64,000 nt of DNA from Sedimentisphaeraceae bacterium JB056 (GCA_044440125.1 JBITAJ010000028.1:192001-256000), one strand, 5' to 3'; counted from the stretch's first letter, positions 10,186-21,448 are shown. The notes: generated by a model from the letters alone, not told the origin. Made by a program: numbers and translations.

Positions 10186-10914
10186 TCAACTTCCTCCGTA
10201 TATAGCAGGCACTTCCAGCCCATGCTCTTCCATAAGACTTGAATTGCTCATTATTTCTTGAGCATCTCCTGCGGCCACCAATCTGCCGTCATCAATCAAC
10301 ACCGCTTTATCACATACTTTAGCTACAAAATTCATACTGCAGCTGGCTATAATAATTGTCTGTTTTAACGAGTTGAGTAATTCTATAAGTTTATTTCTAT
10401 TTCGCGGATCAAGATTCGAATCCGGTTCATCCATTGTGATTATATCTGGCATCATGGAAAGTATAGTAGCAATTGCCGCCGCTCTTTTTTGCCCGGCAGA
10501 CAAATGATGCGGCTCTTTGTTTTCCAGCCCTTCAAGCCCCACTGTCTTAATAGCATCATAGCTTCGGCTTTTCACCTGCTCTTCGGATAATCCCATATTG
10601 AGCGGACCAAAAGCTACATCATCAAACAATCGCGGCATAAAAAGCTGATCGTCAGGATCCTGAAATACAGCACCAAGAGTTTTGCGTATATTTTTAATCT
10701 CAGCCTTGCAACACCTATACCCGTTAACACAAATATCGCCTTGACCAAAAATAAAACCGCCAATAGCAAGAAGAAGCGTTGATTTACCTGCACCGTTAGG
10801 CCCGATAACAGCAACTTTACTGCCAAGATCAATATCAAGAGTCACACCTTCAAGAGCAACACTCTTGTCAGGATAAACATAGCTGAAATCTTTTATACTA
10901 ATCGCTTTTTCCAT
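10186..10914 (-). CDS. cbiO: ECF Co/Ni transporter ATPase
   Basis: GPNGAGKST, FQDPDDQLF, LSAGQKR, DEP. Confidence 0.9.
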   Translation of the reverse strand: MEKAISIKDFSYVYPDKSVALEGVTLDIDLGSKVAVIGPNGAGKSTLLLAIGGFIFGQGDICVNGYRCCKAEIKNIRKTLGAVFQDPDDQLFMPRLFDDVAFGPLNMGLSEEQVKSRSYDAIKTVGLEGLENKEPHHLSAGQKRAAAIATILSMMPDIITMDEPDSNLDPRNRNKLIELLNSLKQTIIIASCSMNFVAKVCDKAVLIDDGRLVAAGDAQEIMSNSSLMEEHGLEVPAIYGGS

Positions 10915-10932
10915 CTTGATATCAAATCCAGA

Positions 10933-11691
10933 CTACGCAAATACACGTAAACAAACCATATACATAGCGCTTATGCATACAAATAAAACATCAACCGCTT
11001 CAAACTTCATCATTCTCAGAGTTCTGATTCTGCCATCAAACCCTCTGCCTTCCATAGCAACGCCGACACGACCTGCCATATCAATACTGTTTATAAGAAG
11101 GCTGCCAATCATCGAAGAAGCAACATTAAGTTCTCTGGAAAATCCGAGATTGCGCAGGCTTCTCGCCTTTCTTGCACGGAGCATGCGCCCTACTCTGTCA
11201 ATCAGAAGAAATATATACCTATACAGAAATCCAAGCTGAGACACAATAAGCCTCGGCATACCCAGCTTTTCCATACCGGCAAGCAAATCATCAAAACGAG
11301 TTGTAGAAACCATAGCAATAAGAGAACAAACCGTAATACTGAATTTTATTACAATATTGAAAAATTGTATAACACCATTACTTACATGCCATTGAAATGG
11401 GCCAAACCTGACATCCACCGGCTCTCTGTTGTAAAACACACTGCTTATAGCCAGAACAATTATAAATGGACTGACAATAGCAAGCTGCTTGATTACAAAC
11501 CTAAAAGGTATTTGTCCAATTGCAAGAATAGTAAAAGGCCATAAAAGATACCATGCCAGATAAGCAACACCTTTTCCTGAGGTCACAACAAGAATCGTAA
11601 AAATTATTGTCATAACCAACTTTCCCCGACTGTCAAGTCGGTGAAAAAAAGTATTATTGTTGGCATATTTATCTATATGGGCATGATGCAT
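10933..11691 (-). CDS. cbiQ: ECF Co/Ni transporter T component
   Basis: HRLDSRGK, YRYIFLL, ARKAR, AMEGRGFDG. Confidence 0.88.
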   Translation of the reverse strand: MHHAHIDKYANNNTFFHRLDSRGKLVMTIIFTILVVTSGKGVAYLAWYLLWPFTILAIGQIPFRFVIKQLAIVSPFIIVLAISSVFYNREPVDVRFGPFQWHVSNGVIQFFNIVIKFSITVCSLIAMVSTTRFDDLLAGMEKLGMPRLIVSQLGFLYRYIFLLIDRVGRMLRARKARSLRNLGFSRELNVASSMIGSLLINSIDMAGRVGVAMEGRGFDGRIRTLRMMKFEAVDVLFVCISAMYMVCLRVFA

Positions 11692-11715
11692 TGTATATAA
11701 AACCTAACTCGTCAG

Positions 11716-12747
11716 TCAGCAAATAAACGAATAATGCTTCTTACCGTTAAACAAACGTACCAAACCGATTATGACAAACATTGTAACAAAAGCTCCTATC
11801 ACGCCGGCAAAGCTTGTCCACTGCCCTTGTGATTCCGCTTCTGTATTGACCTGCCCTAATGAGGTATTTCTCGTTGTGTAATCTGGCATAATGGAATACT
11901 TCGATTGTATCTCATCAGCCTGCTTTATTACCGGCTGTTCATTTTCAACTAAAGACTCGAAACCTGCCTGATCGGGTCTCTCTGCATAGCTCCACTCGAG
12001 GCCGTCAGGCTTATCACTCGCCAACAAGGAAATACCACAGGCAATTATAACTGTAAATGTAAGCATAACAAGAGCGAAAGAACGTGACGTAAGTGAGTGC
12101 TTATTACTGCTGATTTCTAATATTTGTGGTCTCAGATTAGCAATATAGCAAATTACAGCAGCAGTGATCACTCCTTCTATGACACCAATAATAAGATGCA
12201 CGCCCAACATTGTAAGCAGGAAACCGCCGAAAGGAACAGTTAGAACATTCGAAATACCAACTTCAAAAGGAACTAAAAGAGCTCCGGCCTCAACCGCTAT
12301 CAAACATGCCGCTATCGAACCTAAGTATTTCACTTTAACGCTTTGGCTCTTACCTGTAAGAAGTCGGTATATAAAATTCCCGGTATATACAGGAATAATC
12401 ACCATATTAAGCAAATTGCAGCCAAGCGCAAGAATGCCTCCATCCTGAAATATAAGACACTGAACCAGCACCACTGAACTGAGCGTAATAACTGCTGGGT
12501 TAGGGCCTAAAACTATCGCAAGCAAAACGGCACCGACAAGATGCCCACTTGTACCCGGCATAAACGGCAGTTGAAAATTAACCATCTGTGCGGCAAAAAC
12601 AAATGCACCCATTATCCCCATAAGAGCAGCAGTTTCACCTTCAATAGAATCCTTGATCTTACGGCAGACCGCTGCAATCCAAACGCCACTTATCGCAAAA
12701 CCACCGGCTGCTACCGGTACTGACAACAACTCATTTGCCATATGCAT
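11716..12747 (-). CDS. cbiM: ECF Co/Ni transporter S component CbiM/NikM fused to PDGLE domain
   Basis: MHM N-terminus, FAAQMVNF..PGTSGHL, FQDGG..ALGCN, ASDKPDGLEWS. Confidence 0.88.
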   Translation of the reverse strand: MHMANELLSVPVAAGGFAISGVWIAAVCRKIKDSIEGETAALMGIMGAFVFAAQMVNFQLPFMPGTSGHLVGAVLLAIVLGPNPAVITLSSVVLVQCLIFQDGGILALGCNLLNMVIIPVYTGNFIYRLLTGKSQSVKVKYLGSIAACLIAVEAGALLVPFEVGISNVLTVPFGGFLLTMLGVHLIIGVIEGVITAAVICYIANLRPQILEISSNKHSLTSRSFALVMLTFTVIIACGISLLASDKPDGLEWSYAERPDQAGFESLVENEQPVIKQADEIQSKYSIMPDYTTRNTSLGQVNTEAESQGQWTSFAGVIGAFVTMFVIIGLVRLFNGKKHYSFIC

Positions 12748-12788
12748 AACGCACCACCATTCCCTTTGTAAAAAAACACATAATTAAC

Positions 12789-13433
12789 TTATACACCAAT
12801 ACTGACAACCACAACATTACCTGTATATCTTTTTGAATCCGTATTCTTAAAACCTTGCTTGAGGGCCACAAAAGTAGCTGTTGTATTTGCCTCAACGGCA
12901 TCACCGAGCGCAAGGCCGGTATCACAATCAAGACCTGAGGGGATATCAACCGAAAAAACAGTGTTAGGCATTGCGTTTATTATCTCAATAACAGGAAGAT
13001 ACTCAGCCCTTACCTCTCCGGTCAATCCCGTTCCGAAAATAGCGTCAACTATCATAGAAGCACCATTGAGCATTGAGGAAACTTTAAGCCCATCACCGGG
13101 ATCTATCTGCCTTATATCTATACCGATCTTTTCGATAATATTTAAATTGACAAGAGCATCACCTTTTATCTTCTCTCTTTCACACAGTAGGACAACACGA
13201 GTATCTATACCCATGATATCAAGATGCCTTGCTATTACATAACCGTCTCCGCCATTGTTTCCCGGTCCGCAAAAGATTACAACGATACCTTTGCCGGTAT
13301 TCATGTTTTTGATTATCTCCGCACATCCTCTTCCGGCATTCTCCATAAGAACCACACCGGGAACACCTATCTCCTCTATAGCCTTTCTATCGAACTCTCT
13401 GACTTCACTTCTTGTCATAACGTTCTGCTGCAT
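12789..13433 (-). CDS. nnrE: NAD(P)H-hydrate epimerase (stand-alone YjeF N-terminal domain)
   Basis: LMENAG, CGPGNNGGDG, DAIFGTG, VDIPSG. Confidence 0.92.
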   Translation of the reverse strand: MQQNVMTRSEVREFDRKAIEEIGVPGVVLMENAGRGCAEIIKNMNTGKGIVVIFCGPGNNGGDGYVIARHLDIMGIDTRVVLLCEREKIKGDALVNLNIIEKIGIDIRQIDPGDGLKVSSMLNGASMIVDAIFGTGLTGEVRAEYLPVIEIINAMPNTVFSVDIPSGLDCDTGLALGDAVEANTTATFVALKQGFKNTDSKRYTGNVVVVSIGV

Positions 13434-13478
13434 TAGAATCTCCTTCCGTCAAGTTTAAACTCAACCCTCTCATTTTCG

Positions 13479-13514
13479 AAAAAAAGCCCGGGTGCGGCCT
13501 GCACGTCGGGCTTT
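13479..13514 (-). terminator. Intrinsic terminator after ompA-like gene
   Basis: AAAGCCCG...CGGGCTTT stem with U-run on the minus strand. Confidence 0.7.
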
Positions 13515-13562
13515 GAGTATTCCGTTCAATACACCTTAATTTTGTTGAAAAGAAGTGAAGAC

Positions 13563-14237
13563 TTACTTCATACGTACAACTATTTCAACTCGTCTGTTCT
13601 TTGCTTTACCTGAAGATGTACTGTTAGTATCAACCGGACGGCTCTCACCGCATGCTACCGCACGAATCTTATCGCTTGGGATTCCCTGGTCTTTGAGATA
13701 TCTCAGCACTGAAAGTGCACGCTCTGCAGAAAGCTGCCAGTTATCTGCCCATTTAGACTTCTTAATAGGATCGGAATCTGTATGACCGACTATGTCGATC
13801 TGCTTATCCGAATATTTCTCGCGAATTACGCTGTATATTTTATTAAGATCTGAATTTCTTATACTCTTAAGAGAAGCTTTACCTGGTGCAAAGAGAATAG
13901 AGTTTGGAAGAGTAACTGTTATTGTACCGGCCTGTGCATCAAATGCCACATCATACTCATCGCCAAAACCTGTCGCTTGTCCCTCAGTCTGCTGCAAGTC
14001 TTCGATCTGGCTTTGAAGATTATTTATCTGGCTCTGACTTGCCGCAAGTCTGCCGGCAAGATCGCTTTTCTCTGCTGCAGTACTGTCAAGAGCCCCCATA
14101 CAACTATCATAACGGCCCTGAAGATTTTCATATTCTACATTAAGACCTTCATATTTCTTTTTCCAATCGGTACAGCCCGAAAGCATTAATGCTCCTAATG
14201 CTATCACCAACGCTGCTAATCTCATCGTGTTTTTCAT
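13563..14237 (-). CDS. OmpA/MotB family lipoprotein with coiled coil
   Basis: Lipobox LSGC, GHTDSDPI, NWQLSAERA, KNRRVEI. Confidence 0.9.
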   Translation of the reverse strand: MKNTMRLAALVIALGALMLSGCTDWKKKYEGLNVEYENLQGRYDSCMGALDSTAAEKSDLAGRLAASQSQINNLQSQIEDLQQTEGQATGFGDEYDVAFDAQAGTITVTLPNSILFAPGKASLKSIRNSDLNKIYSVIREKYSDKQIDIVGHTDSDPIKKSKWADNWQLSAERALSVLRYLKDQGIPSDKIRAVACGESRPVDTNSTSSGKAKNRRVEIVVRMK

Positions 14238-14363
14238 TAATTCAACTCCTGTTTATGTGTTATTATTACTTTATACTTTTATGACAATAAGCTATTATCA
14301 TGAAACAACAACATGATTATGAAGCAAATTCCAATCAATAACTAAATTGCCGTTGATGCCAAA

Positions 14364-15530
14364 TCAAAATCCGAACATCTCATGAAGCCTCTGCATAAAG
14401 GCATCTTGAAATATCATAACAAGAAATACCGCTAAAGACAAGAACGGACCATACGGAATTTCTCTACTTTTTTTAGAAAACATACCTAACAAAGCCCACA
14501 TAAGACCGAAAAAAGGTGCTATGAAGAACGCCGTTGTTACTGCCGCAGCTCCGATTATAGCCCCTGCCGCGCCCATAAGGTGTACATCGCCAAGTCCCAT
14601 CGCTTCCCGGCCAAAGCTCAAAGTCCCTAATATACGGGTTATCCATACAGTTGCACAACCGATAAAATATCCGTAAAGGCTTCCTGTAAAAGACTTAACG
14701 TATATATTATCACAAAAACCATGCCAGGTCTGATTGTCCTTTAATACAAGGTAAGCCGCTAACGCCCCTGCTGCAACAGGAAGCAGAAAAATAATCTCTT
14801 TGAGCATCTCAACTCGATCATTGAATTCAGGCTCTTCAATATGCTTGTCTGTCTCATTCTCAAGTTGGTCTTCAATAGCCTCATCAAGTCCCTCGTAACT
14901 CTGACGCACCAGCCCCTTTTTAAGAAGAACAAGCGATGTCAGTAATCCGACAGCCGAGCCAACGGCAATTGCTGCCGTTTTTGCCGAAGCCAAAGGCACC
15001 CAAGCTGTAACGGCAAGTATATCAGGAGATACAAAATACCCTGAAATCGTTGAGAATACAACACCGGTAGCTGTGACAAACCAACAAAGCGACAATGGTA
15101 TTATCCATAATTCGAGATCAATAGCTGATGCAGCTATAAATGCCGCCACGAGTATGGCATGAGAAACATATATCCACCAATGACCGTCCAGAAAGGCCCT
15201 GATGCTGTTTTCACTTCCTACAAGTCTTGTATTGGCAACGAAATAGCAATAGAACAATCCTGCAAATGCAAACCCTGTTATTGCTTCGATTATTATATAG
15301 CGAGGAGATATCGCAATCTTACAATACCTGCACTTGCCCCTAAGCATTAACCAGGAAAGAATAGGTATATTAAGGTAAAAAGGTATCGATTTGCCGCAAC
15401 TTGGACAAAAGGATCTCGGCTTTGACAAAGACTTACCCCGCGGAAGCCTGTATATCACTACATTCAGAAAACTTCCTATACACGCTCCTATAAGAAAAGT
15501 ATAGGGTATAAGTATTGCCGCTAATTTCAT
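14364..15530 (-). CDS. pilD: Prepilin peptidase (A24)
   Basis: GSFLNVVIYRLP, two CxxC motifs, MGLGDV, IPYGPFL. Confidence 0.92.
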   Translation of the reverse strand: MKLAAILIPYTFLIGACIGSFLNVVIYRLPRGKSLSKPRSFCPSCGKSIPFYLNIPILSWLMLRGKCRYCKIAISPRYIIIEAITGFAFAGLFYCYFVANTRLVGSENSIRAFLDGHWWIYVSHAILVAAFIAASAIDLELWIIPLSLCWFVTATGVVFSTISGYFVSPDILAVTAWVPLASAKTAAIAVGSAVGLLTSLVLLKKGLVRQSYEGLDEAIEDQLENETDKHIEEPEFNDRVEMLKEIIFLLPVAAGALAAYLVLKDNQTWHGFCDNIYVKSFTGSLYGYFIGCATVWITRILGTLSFGREAMGLGDVHLMGAAGAIIGAAAVTTAFFIAPFFGLMWALLGMFSKKSREIPYGPFLSLAVFLVMIFQDAFMQRLHEMFGF

Positions 15531-15591
15531 AATTCAGTCTAAAAAAATAGTACCCCCGAAAGAACTGTTATAAATCTCTCGGGAGTCTTGA

Positions 15592-16473
15592 TTACCATAT
15601 ATCAATCTCTGTTTGAAGTTCAATGCCGGTCTTTTGCTCGACTACTTCACATATATGTCCTACTAAAGCCAGGACATCATTACTTGAACAACCTTCATCA
15701 GCAACAATTATATTGGCATGCTTTTCACTGATCTTAGCCTTGCCCATTTCAAAGCCTTTAAGACCGACACGTTCAATTATCTCACCGGCACTCTGGCCCT
15801 GAGGATTCCTGAAAACACATCCGGCATTTCGTCTTGAAGAAGGCTGGTTATTCTTTTTATATATCCATATTTCTTTAATTCGTCTTAGCATACGATCCTG
15901 ATCGGCAGTATGAAGGTTAAATGTTGCGGAAATAATTATACCGCCTTCAAGTATATTCACACTCTTATAGCCGAAAGCCAGAACAGGACGCCTCTTTTCG
16001 AAAACGTTGCCCTGCTGATCCATTATCTTAACAGACTCAACAACCGAGCCTATATCACCAAAGCTGCCGCCGGAATTCATGCGTATTGCCCCGCCAACAG
16101 TTCCGGGCACACCCGTGAGCCCTTCCAAACCGCCCAATGAATGTCTTACACATTCGATAACCAGCTTGCTCAAATTAGAAGCGCCGCCGGCAGTGGCATT
16201 GTTACCATCAAAAGTTATTGTGGTAAAATCCGGGCTTTCAAGTTTTATTACCACTCCATTCACACCTTCATCACTTATGAGAAGGTTTGAACCATGCCCC
16301 ATGATATAAACGGGAAGTGAATTTTCAGAAGCTATTTTCATAACCTTTGAAAGCTCTTCAACCGTCCTTGGGGACGCAAAATAATCCGCATTTCCACCAA
16401 TACCATACCATGTATGATCTGCAAGCGGATAATCGGTCTTAACTATTTCATCTAAGCCATTGAATATATTCAT
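15592..16473 (-). CDS. murB: UDP-N-acetylenolpyruvoylglucosamine reductase
   Basis: GHGSNLL, GVPGTVGGAIRMN, AGCVFRNP, SEKHAN; start MNIFNG overlaps murC end. Confidence 0.95.
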   Translation of the reverse strand: MNIFNGLDEIVKTDYPLADHTWYGIGGNADYFASPRTVEELSKVMKIASENSLPVYIMGHGSNLLISDEGVNGVVIKLESPDFTTITFDGNNATAGGASNLSKLVIECVRHSLGGLEGLTGVPGTVGGAIRMNSGGSFGDIGSVVESVKIMDQQGNVFEKRRPVLAFGYKSVNILEGGIIISATFNLHTADQDRMLRRIKEIWIYKKNNQPSSRRNAGCVFRNPQGQSAGEIIERVGLKGFEMGKAKISEKHANIIVADEGCSSNDVLALVGHICEVVEQKTGIELQTEIDIW

Positions 16474-17869
16474 CTGCAACTTTCCAGATATCACCTGCGC
16501 CCATCGTAACGACTACATCGCCGCTATTGGCCGCTTCTTTTAAGTAATCACAAATCTTACTAAATCCATCAATAAAAACAGCGTCGCTTCCGGCCTGCTT
16601 AATACGCTCAACCAGAATACTCGCATTAACTTCTTGCCTCGACTCGATAGTATCGCGTACAAAATATATCTCCGGCACTATCGTAAGGTCAGCAAACTTA
16701 AAGCTTTCAGCAAAATCATCAAGCAAAAACCTTGTACGGCTATACTGATGGGGTTGAAAAACGCAAATTATCTTCGCGTTAGGATAACGCTCACGTACAG
16801 CTTTAAGGCTCGCCTTGATCTCTGTTGGGTGATGAGCGTAATCATCAAGTACCTTGATTCCGTTAGCCTCAGCCTTAACCATAAGCCGTCTGTCGGCTCC
16901 TGCAAAACTGCCTGCCACCTCAATTATTCTCTCGGTGCTGACACCCGCACAACTCGCTATAGTGGCTGCCGCCAGGCAATTATAGACATTGTGCATACCC
17001 GGAGTAGAAAGCTTGATTCTTCCTACCGCATAGCCCGCATAGCAAAGCTCAAAACTATGAAAACCATCATCAAGACGTATATCTCTTGCGGTATAATCCG
17101 CAGGATTATCAATACCAAATGTAACCCATTTCTCGGGTTTTCTTCCAAATTCGGCCAGTCTTCCTTCATAAGCAGTTTTAAGCTTATCAATATTCGCATC
17201 ATCGGCATTGGCTACAATTAGACCTCCGCTTTTGACACCGGAGAGGAACTCACTGAATGCACCGATTATATCATCAACATCTTTGTAATAATCAAGATGA
17301 TCTTCCTCAATGTTAAGCACTGCCGCTATTTGAGGACGGAGTTTTAGAAAACTTCTGTCGTACTCACATGCCTCAGCGATAAAGAACTCTCCATCACCAA
17401 CACCACTGGAACCCTCAAGCTGGGGAATATCCGCCCCAATTATATAGTTAGGACTCATACCCAAACGCCCAAGCACATAAGCTGCCCATCCGCTTGTACT
17501 GCTTTTACCATGAGTACCGGCAACAGCAACACCTCGGTAACAATCCATCAATGAGCCAAGCATATCCGCGTATTTCAAAACGCGGAATCCCTGTTCTCTT
17601 GCATATTTCAACTCTGGATTATCCTCGCTTATAGCCGCCGATATGACAACTGCCTCAATATCATCACCAAGGCGTTCTATCCACTGCTGCATATGTCCGC
17701 AACGGATATCTGCACCAAGCTTATTAAGACGGCTGATAACAAAACCGCCATTTTGATCAGAACCACTGATGCGAGCTCCATTCTTGAGCAGAACTTTAGC
17801 AAGCCCGCTCATCCCGATTCCACCGGCACCTATAAAGTGATACTGTTTATCTCTAAAATCAAATTTCAT
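16448..17869 (-). CDS. murC: UDP-N-acetylmuramate--L-alanine ligase
   Basis: HFIGAGGIGMSGLA, AGTHGKSST, EACEYDRSFL, DDYAHHPTEI, FQPHQYSRT. Confidence 0.97.
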   Translation of the reverse strand: MKFDFRDKQYHFIGAGGIGMSGLAKVLLKNGARISGSDQNGGFVISRLNKLGADIRCGHMQQWIERLGDDIEAVVISAAISEDNPELKYAREQGFRVLKYADMLGSLMDCYRGVAVAGTHGKSSTSGWAAYVLGRLGMSPNYIIGADIPQLEGSSGVGDGEFFIAEACEYDRSFLKLRPQIAAVLNIEEDHLDYYKDVDDIIGAFSEFLSGVKSGGLIVANADDANIDKLKTAYEGRLAEFGRKPEKWVTFGIDNPADYTARDIRLDDGFHSFELCYAGYAVGRIKLSTPGMHNVYNCLAAATIASCAGVSTERIIEVAGSFAGADRRLMVKAEANGIKVLDDYAHHPTEIKASLKAVRERYPNAKIICVFQPHQYSRTRFLLDDFAESFKFADLTIVPEIYFVRDTIESRQEVNASILVERIKQAGSDAVFIDGFSKICDYLKEAANSGDVVVTMGAGDIWKVADEYIQWLR

Positions 17870-18125
17870 TGAGTCTTATCTAAAATTTATTACACATAAT
17901 GACAACGCCATATCGTTACCGGAAAACACCCCCGAAAAAGAGGCGCAAACCTACTGCATATAGGATATATTGAAGTCATTGTAATAGCAAGTCTTTTTTG
18001 ATTGATTCAAGTCAAAAGAATCACCTAAAGAATGATTAGTAGCTGATTTAAGAAAACAGAGCATTCAAACTTCAGATAAATTTCCAGTTCAAATGCTTAC
18101 GGAAACATCGAAGCTTGAGCCTGAA

Positions 18126-19160
18126 CTATTCTACCTTGCGGGGAAAACGAAATTTACCTGTCAGGATATTGAATGATATATTGATGTACTTATCAAGAAA
18201 TACAGCACCTAAGAGAGTGAAAATAAACACAACAGCAGCTAATAAAATTGAAAACATCTCAAATCTATTCTGAGTCTTAAAAACAATCTCAAACAATTTT
18301 GACAGTATCTTTATTAAAGGCATGTGAAAAAGGTATATAAAGAGTGAATATTTGCGGCCAAGTTCAGAAGCCAAGCTCACACCAAAACCATCTTTGACAT
18401 TATAAGAGACTGCAAACAAAGAGATTACAACGAATGGCAAAAACATATACATCTGCAGATACAACGCTTTTGCAGCTCCGCCATGAAAGCCGATTTCGAC
18501 AACAAGCAAAACCAATGTCGCGATAAAGAACAGTAAAGAAGTCTTAAGATCGGTATAAGCAGAAAGTTTCTCCTCATTAACGGCAAGAATCATGCCGCAA
18601 TACATGAAAGCAACAGCCCAGAGGTTTCTTACCACGGCATAAAAGACCATATGTGCCCAGCTTTGAGACCGCAAAACCCCAAAATCTTCAAAACAGATAG
18701 TCATGCAAATTACGACAAAAGATAATATCCCAAGCCATTTGTAAGGATTTGAGGTGAATCTTTTAATTAGACCGATTATAAGGTATCCAAGTATCATCGA
18801 ATGAAGAAACCATAAATGTACCGAGAACCCTTCAACAAGAAATTGTATTATGGAGGAAGGAATCTGATGCGTTGCCAAGGCCCAGAAAAAATAAAACAGA
18901 TTAGCAACAACCGTTATTTTCAGGACATTAACTATCCTCTTTACAGTATCGGCATGAGATCGGTAACTTCTTTCATAGAAAAAGCCAGCCACAACAAAAA
19001 AGAATGGAACGGCAAACCGTGAAAAACACCTGAAATATTCTAATCCTGTACCAAGGCCTTCTGGATTTATATGAAGAAGTATAACACAAAAAGCTCCAAG
19101 AAGACGAACTGCATCTATACCGGAAAGCCTTCTCTTTTGTTTCTCAATAACATTTGCCAT
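18126..19160 (-). CDS. Acyltransferase-3 family membrane protein
   Basis: GIDAVR....VILLH, AVPFFFVVAGFF, HLWFL, SLFIYLFH; multiple TM helices. Confidence 0.88.
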   Translation of the reverse strand: MANVIEKQKRRLSGIDAVRLLGAFCVILLHINPEGLGTGLEYFRCFSRFAVPFFFVVAGFFYERSYRSHADTVKRIVNVLKITVVANLFYFFWALATHQIPSSIIQFLVEGFSVHLWFLHSMILGYLIIGLIKRFTSNPYKWLGILSFVVICMTICFEDFGVLRSQSWAHMVFYAVVRNLWAVAFMYCGMILAVNEEKLSAYTDLKTSLLFFIATLVLLVVEIGFHGGAAKALYLQMYMFLPFVVISLFAVSYNVKDGFGVSLASELGRKYSLFIYLFHMPLIKILSKLFEIVFKTQNRFEMFSILLAAVVFIFTLLGAVFLDKYINISFNILTGKFRFPRKVE

Positions 19161-19162
19161 TA

Positions 19163-21448
19163 TTACTTGCCGCTTAGATGTTTTTTGAGCAGCCGCTGCA
19201 TATCATTATATCTTACAGGCTTCGGTAAATAATCGTCACAACCCGCTTTTATGCACTTCTCATCATCACCTTTCATTGCATTTGCAGTAAGAGCCACTAT
19301 AGGTATATTTATCTTGTTTTTTCTAATAATACCCGTCGCTTCATAGCCGTTCATCTTAGGCATCTGTATATCCATAAAGATGATATCATAATTTCGGCTG
19401 AGTGTTTTTTGAACTGCTTCACTTCCATTCTCGACAATTGTAACATTAAGCCCAAACTTCTCAAGGAGTCTTTTAATAAAAACCTGATTGGTTCTCGCAT
19501 CTTCAGCAACCAAGGCTTCACCTTCAAAGCTATATGACAATTCATCTTTCTCTGAATCTTCCGATTCGAACTCGACACATCTGCTCTTTGGCAATGTCTC
19601 TGAAAGATAGTCACCAACAGGTATCGTAAAACTGAAAACCGAACCTTTTCCCTCAACGCTTCGCAAAGTCAGGCTTCCTCCCAAAAGTTCCGCAAGCTCC
19701 TTTGTGATTGCAAGTCCAAGCCCGGTACCTCCAAATTGTCTCGTAGTGCTCCCATCAACCTGCCTGAAAGGTTCAAATATAACCTGCTGTTTGTCCTTAG
19801 AGATGCCTATACCTGTATCTTCCACGTCAAACCGCACAAAATTCTCATCATCAACACTGACCTTAGAAGCCTTAAGCTGAACGTATCCTTTGGAGGTAAA
19901 CTTAACGGCATTACCGACAAGATTTATCAAACACTGATTCAGTCTGGTAGGATCGGTATATATGAAAGGCGGCAGGTCATCTGATTTTATAATTTTGAAA
20001 CCAAGTTTCTTCTCAGTGAATTTCGGCCTCATCAGAGTTTCAACAGAATAAAGTATCTTATCAACGGAATACTCAACGATTTCTGCATCAATCTCTCCTG
20101 CCTCGATCTTTGAAAAGTCCAGAATATCATCAATCAACTTCAGGAGTATATTGCTCGACTCAATAATTATCCCAACATCATGTTTCTGGGCATCTGTCAA
20201 ACTTTCATTGGAAAGAAAACTGCTGAAACCGATAATTGCGTTCATAGGTGTACGTATTTCATGACTCATATTAGCAAGAAATTGACTTTTAGCAATATTT
20301 GCGGCTTCGGCCTTCGCAGCCATCTCATTTGCAAACATAGTCTGTATCTCAAGATATCGATTGACATCCTCAGCTCTCTCCATAGCATCAACAAGCTCTC
20401 TCTTTGCAGCTTTGCTGGCTGTCACATCGGCGGCAATACTCATTACAAGAGCACGTCCATCGGGTAACTTACCCAAAGGCACGGAATGAAATTCCCATAT
20501 AAGAATATCCCCGCTTTTGGTTCTTACTTCAAATTCGCCTTCCTTTTGTTGATACTGAATCTGGTACAAATTCCTAACGTATGACTTCATACGATTTACA
20601 TCAGTAGTAGGCGAAGTTTTTTCAAGCCAATCATCTATATTTTCAATCTCGCTTTGATCATAACCTGTCAGATCGGTACAGGCCTTACTCAAATTAAGTA
20701 TTTCCCCGCCCTCAGCATGAATAATTATAGGAAACGGAGCATCTGTGACAGCAAGCTTGAAGTGTTCTTCACTTTCCTTCAACTCATCCCTTGCCTGTTT
20801 TCTTTCCGCTATCTCATCTTTAAGCTTATTATTCGTCTCAATAAGACGGCAGTTGTATTCCGCTATCTCTTTTTCTACCTGATTTTTTCTCTCCTGATCT
20901 TTCAGCATCATTCCAAGTAAAACGGTACCAATCGGGAAAAGTATGATGACGGGAATGGCAATATCCTTATAAACCATTATCGCTATATCAGAAGGAAGCA
21001 AAACCATCATACCAAGCATAACTAAGTGTATTATCAGCCCGAAAACATATAGATAACGGACATCTGTAAGATATGAACGTCTTCTTTTTAGGTAATAGAA
21101 TATTATGCCAATTCCTGATGAACTCAGAATTACAGAAACCCCCATTAATACTCCCGCTCCACCACAAAACAGCCTATACGAAGCAGCCGAGACAGCAGCC
21201 ATTAAAGCAACCAAAGGACCACAGAAAAGGCCTGCTATTCCAAGTAAAACTGAACGGCAGTCAAACACCACTCCACTGGTGAATTTATAAGAATTGAACA
21301 TTACTGCCAAAGTTGCTACGGAGAAGAAGACCCCAAGCAGAATTTTCTTCAAGAGCTTATTCTGCTTATTTTTACCAAGCAAAAAACCGTAAAGGAGGCT
21401 TATTGCAAGCATAACCGCAAGATTATTCGCCAAAAAAGTAAATACCAT
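19163..21448 (-). CDS. Hybrid sensor histidine kinase (5TM-5TMR_LYT, PAS, HisKA, HATPase, REC)
   Basis: GVVFDCRS sensor motif, FLANMSHEIRTPMN, DTGIG, GGTGLGL, FMDIQMP. Confidence 0.93.
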   Translation of the reverse strand: MVFTFLANNLAVMLAISLLYGFLLGKNKQNKLLKKILLGVFFSVATLAVMFNSYKFTSGVVFDCRSVLLGIAGLFCGPLVALMAAVSAASYRLFCGGAGVLMGVSVILSSSGIGIIFYYLKRRRSYLTDVRYLYVFGLIIHLVMLGMMVLLPSDIAIMVYKDIAIPVIILFPIGTVLLGMMLKDQERKNQVEKEIAEYNCRLIETNNKLKDEIAERKQARDELKESEEHFKLAVTDAPFPIIIHAEGGEILNLSKACTDLTGYDQSEIENIDDWLEKTSPTTDVNRMKSYVRNLYQIQYQQKEGEFEVRTKSGDILIWEFHSVPLGKLPDGRALVMSIAADVTASKAAKRELVDAMERAEDVNRYLEIQTMFANEMAAKAEAANIAKSQFLANMSHEIRTPMNAIIGFSSFLSNESLTDAQKHDVGIIIESSNILLKLIDDILDFSKIEAGEIDAEIVEYSVDKILYSVETLMRPKFTEKKLGFKIIKSDDLPPFIYTDPTRLNQCLINLVGNAVKFTSKGYVQLKASKVSVDDENFVRFDVEDTGIGISKDKQQVIFEPFRQVDGSTTRQFGGTGLGLAITKELAELLGGSLTLRSVEGKGSVFSFTIPVGDYLSETLPKSRCVEFESEDSEKDELSYSFEGEALVAEDARTNQVFIKRLLEKFGLNVTIVENGSEAVQKTLSRNYDIIFMDIQMPKMNGYEATGIIRKNKINIPIVALTANAMKGDDEKCIKAGCDDYLPKPVRYNDMQRLLKKHLSGK

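Noticed and set aside
12748..12790. Cobalamin riboswitch upstream of cbiM
   Set aside because: The intergenic gap is only about 40 nt and no B12-box is visible; the metal specificity (Co vs Ni) is left open.
15592..17869. Peptidoglycan genes in a planctomycete as a novelty
   Set aside because: Peptidoglycan synthesis in Planctomycetota is already established.
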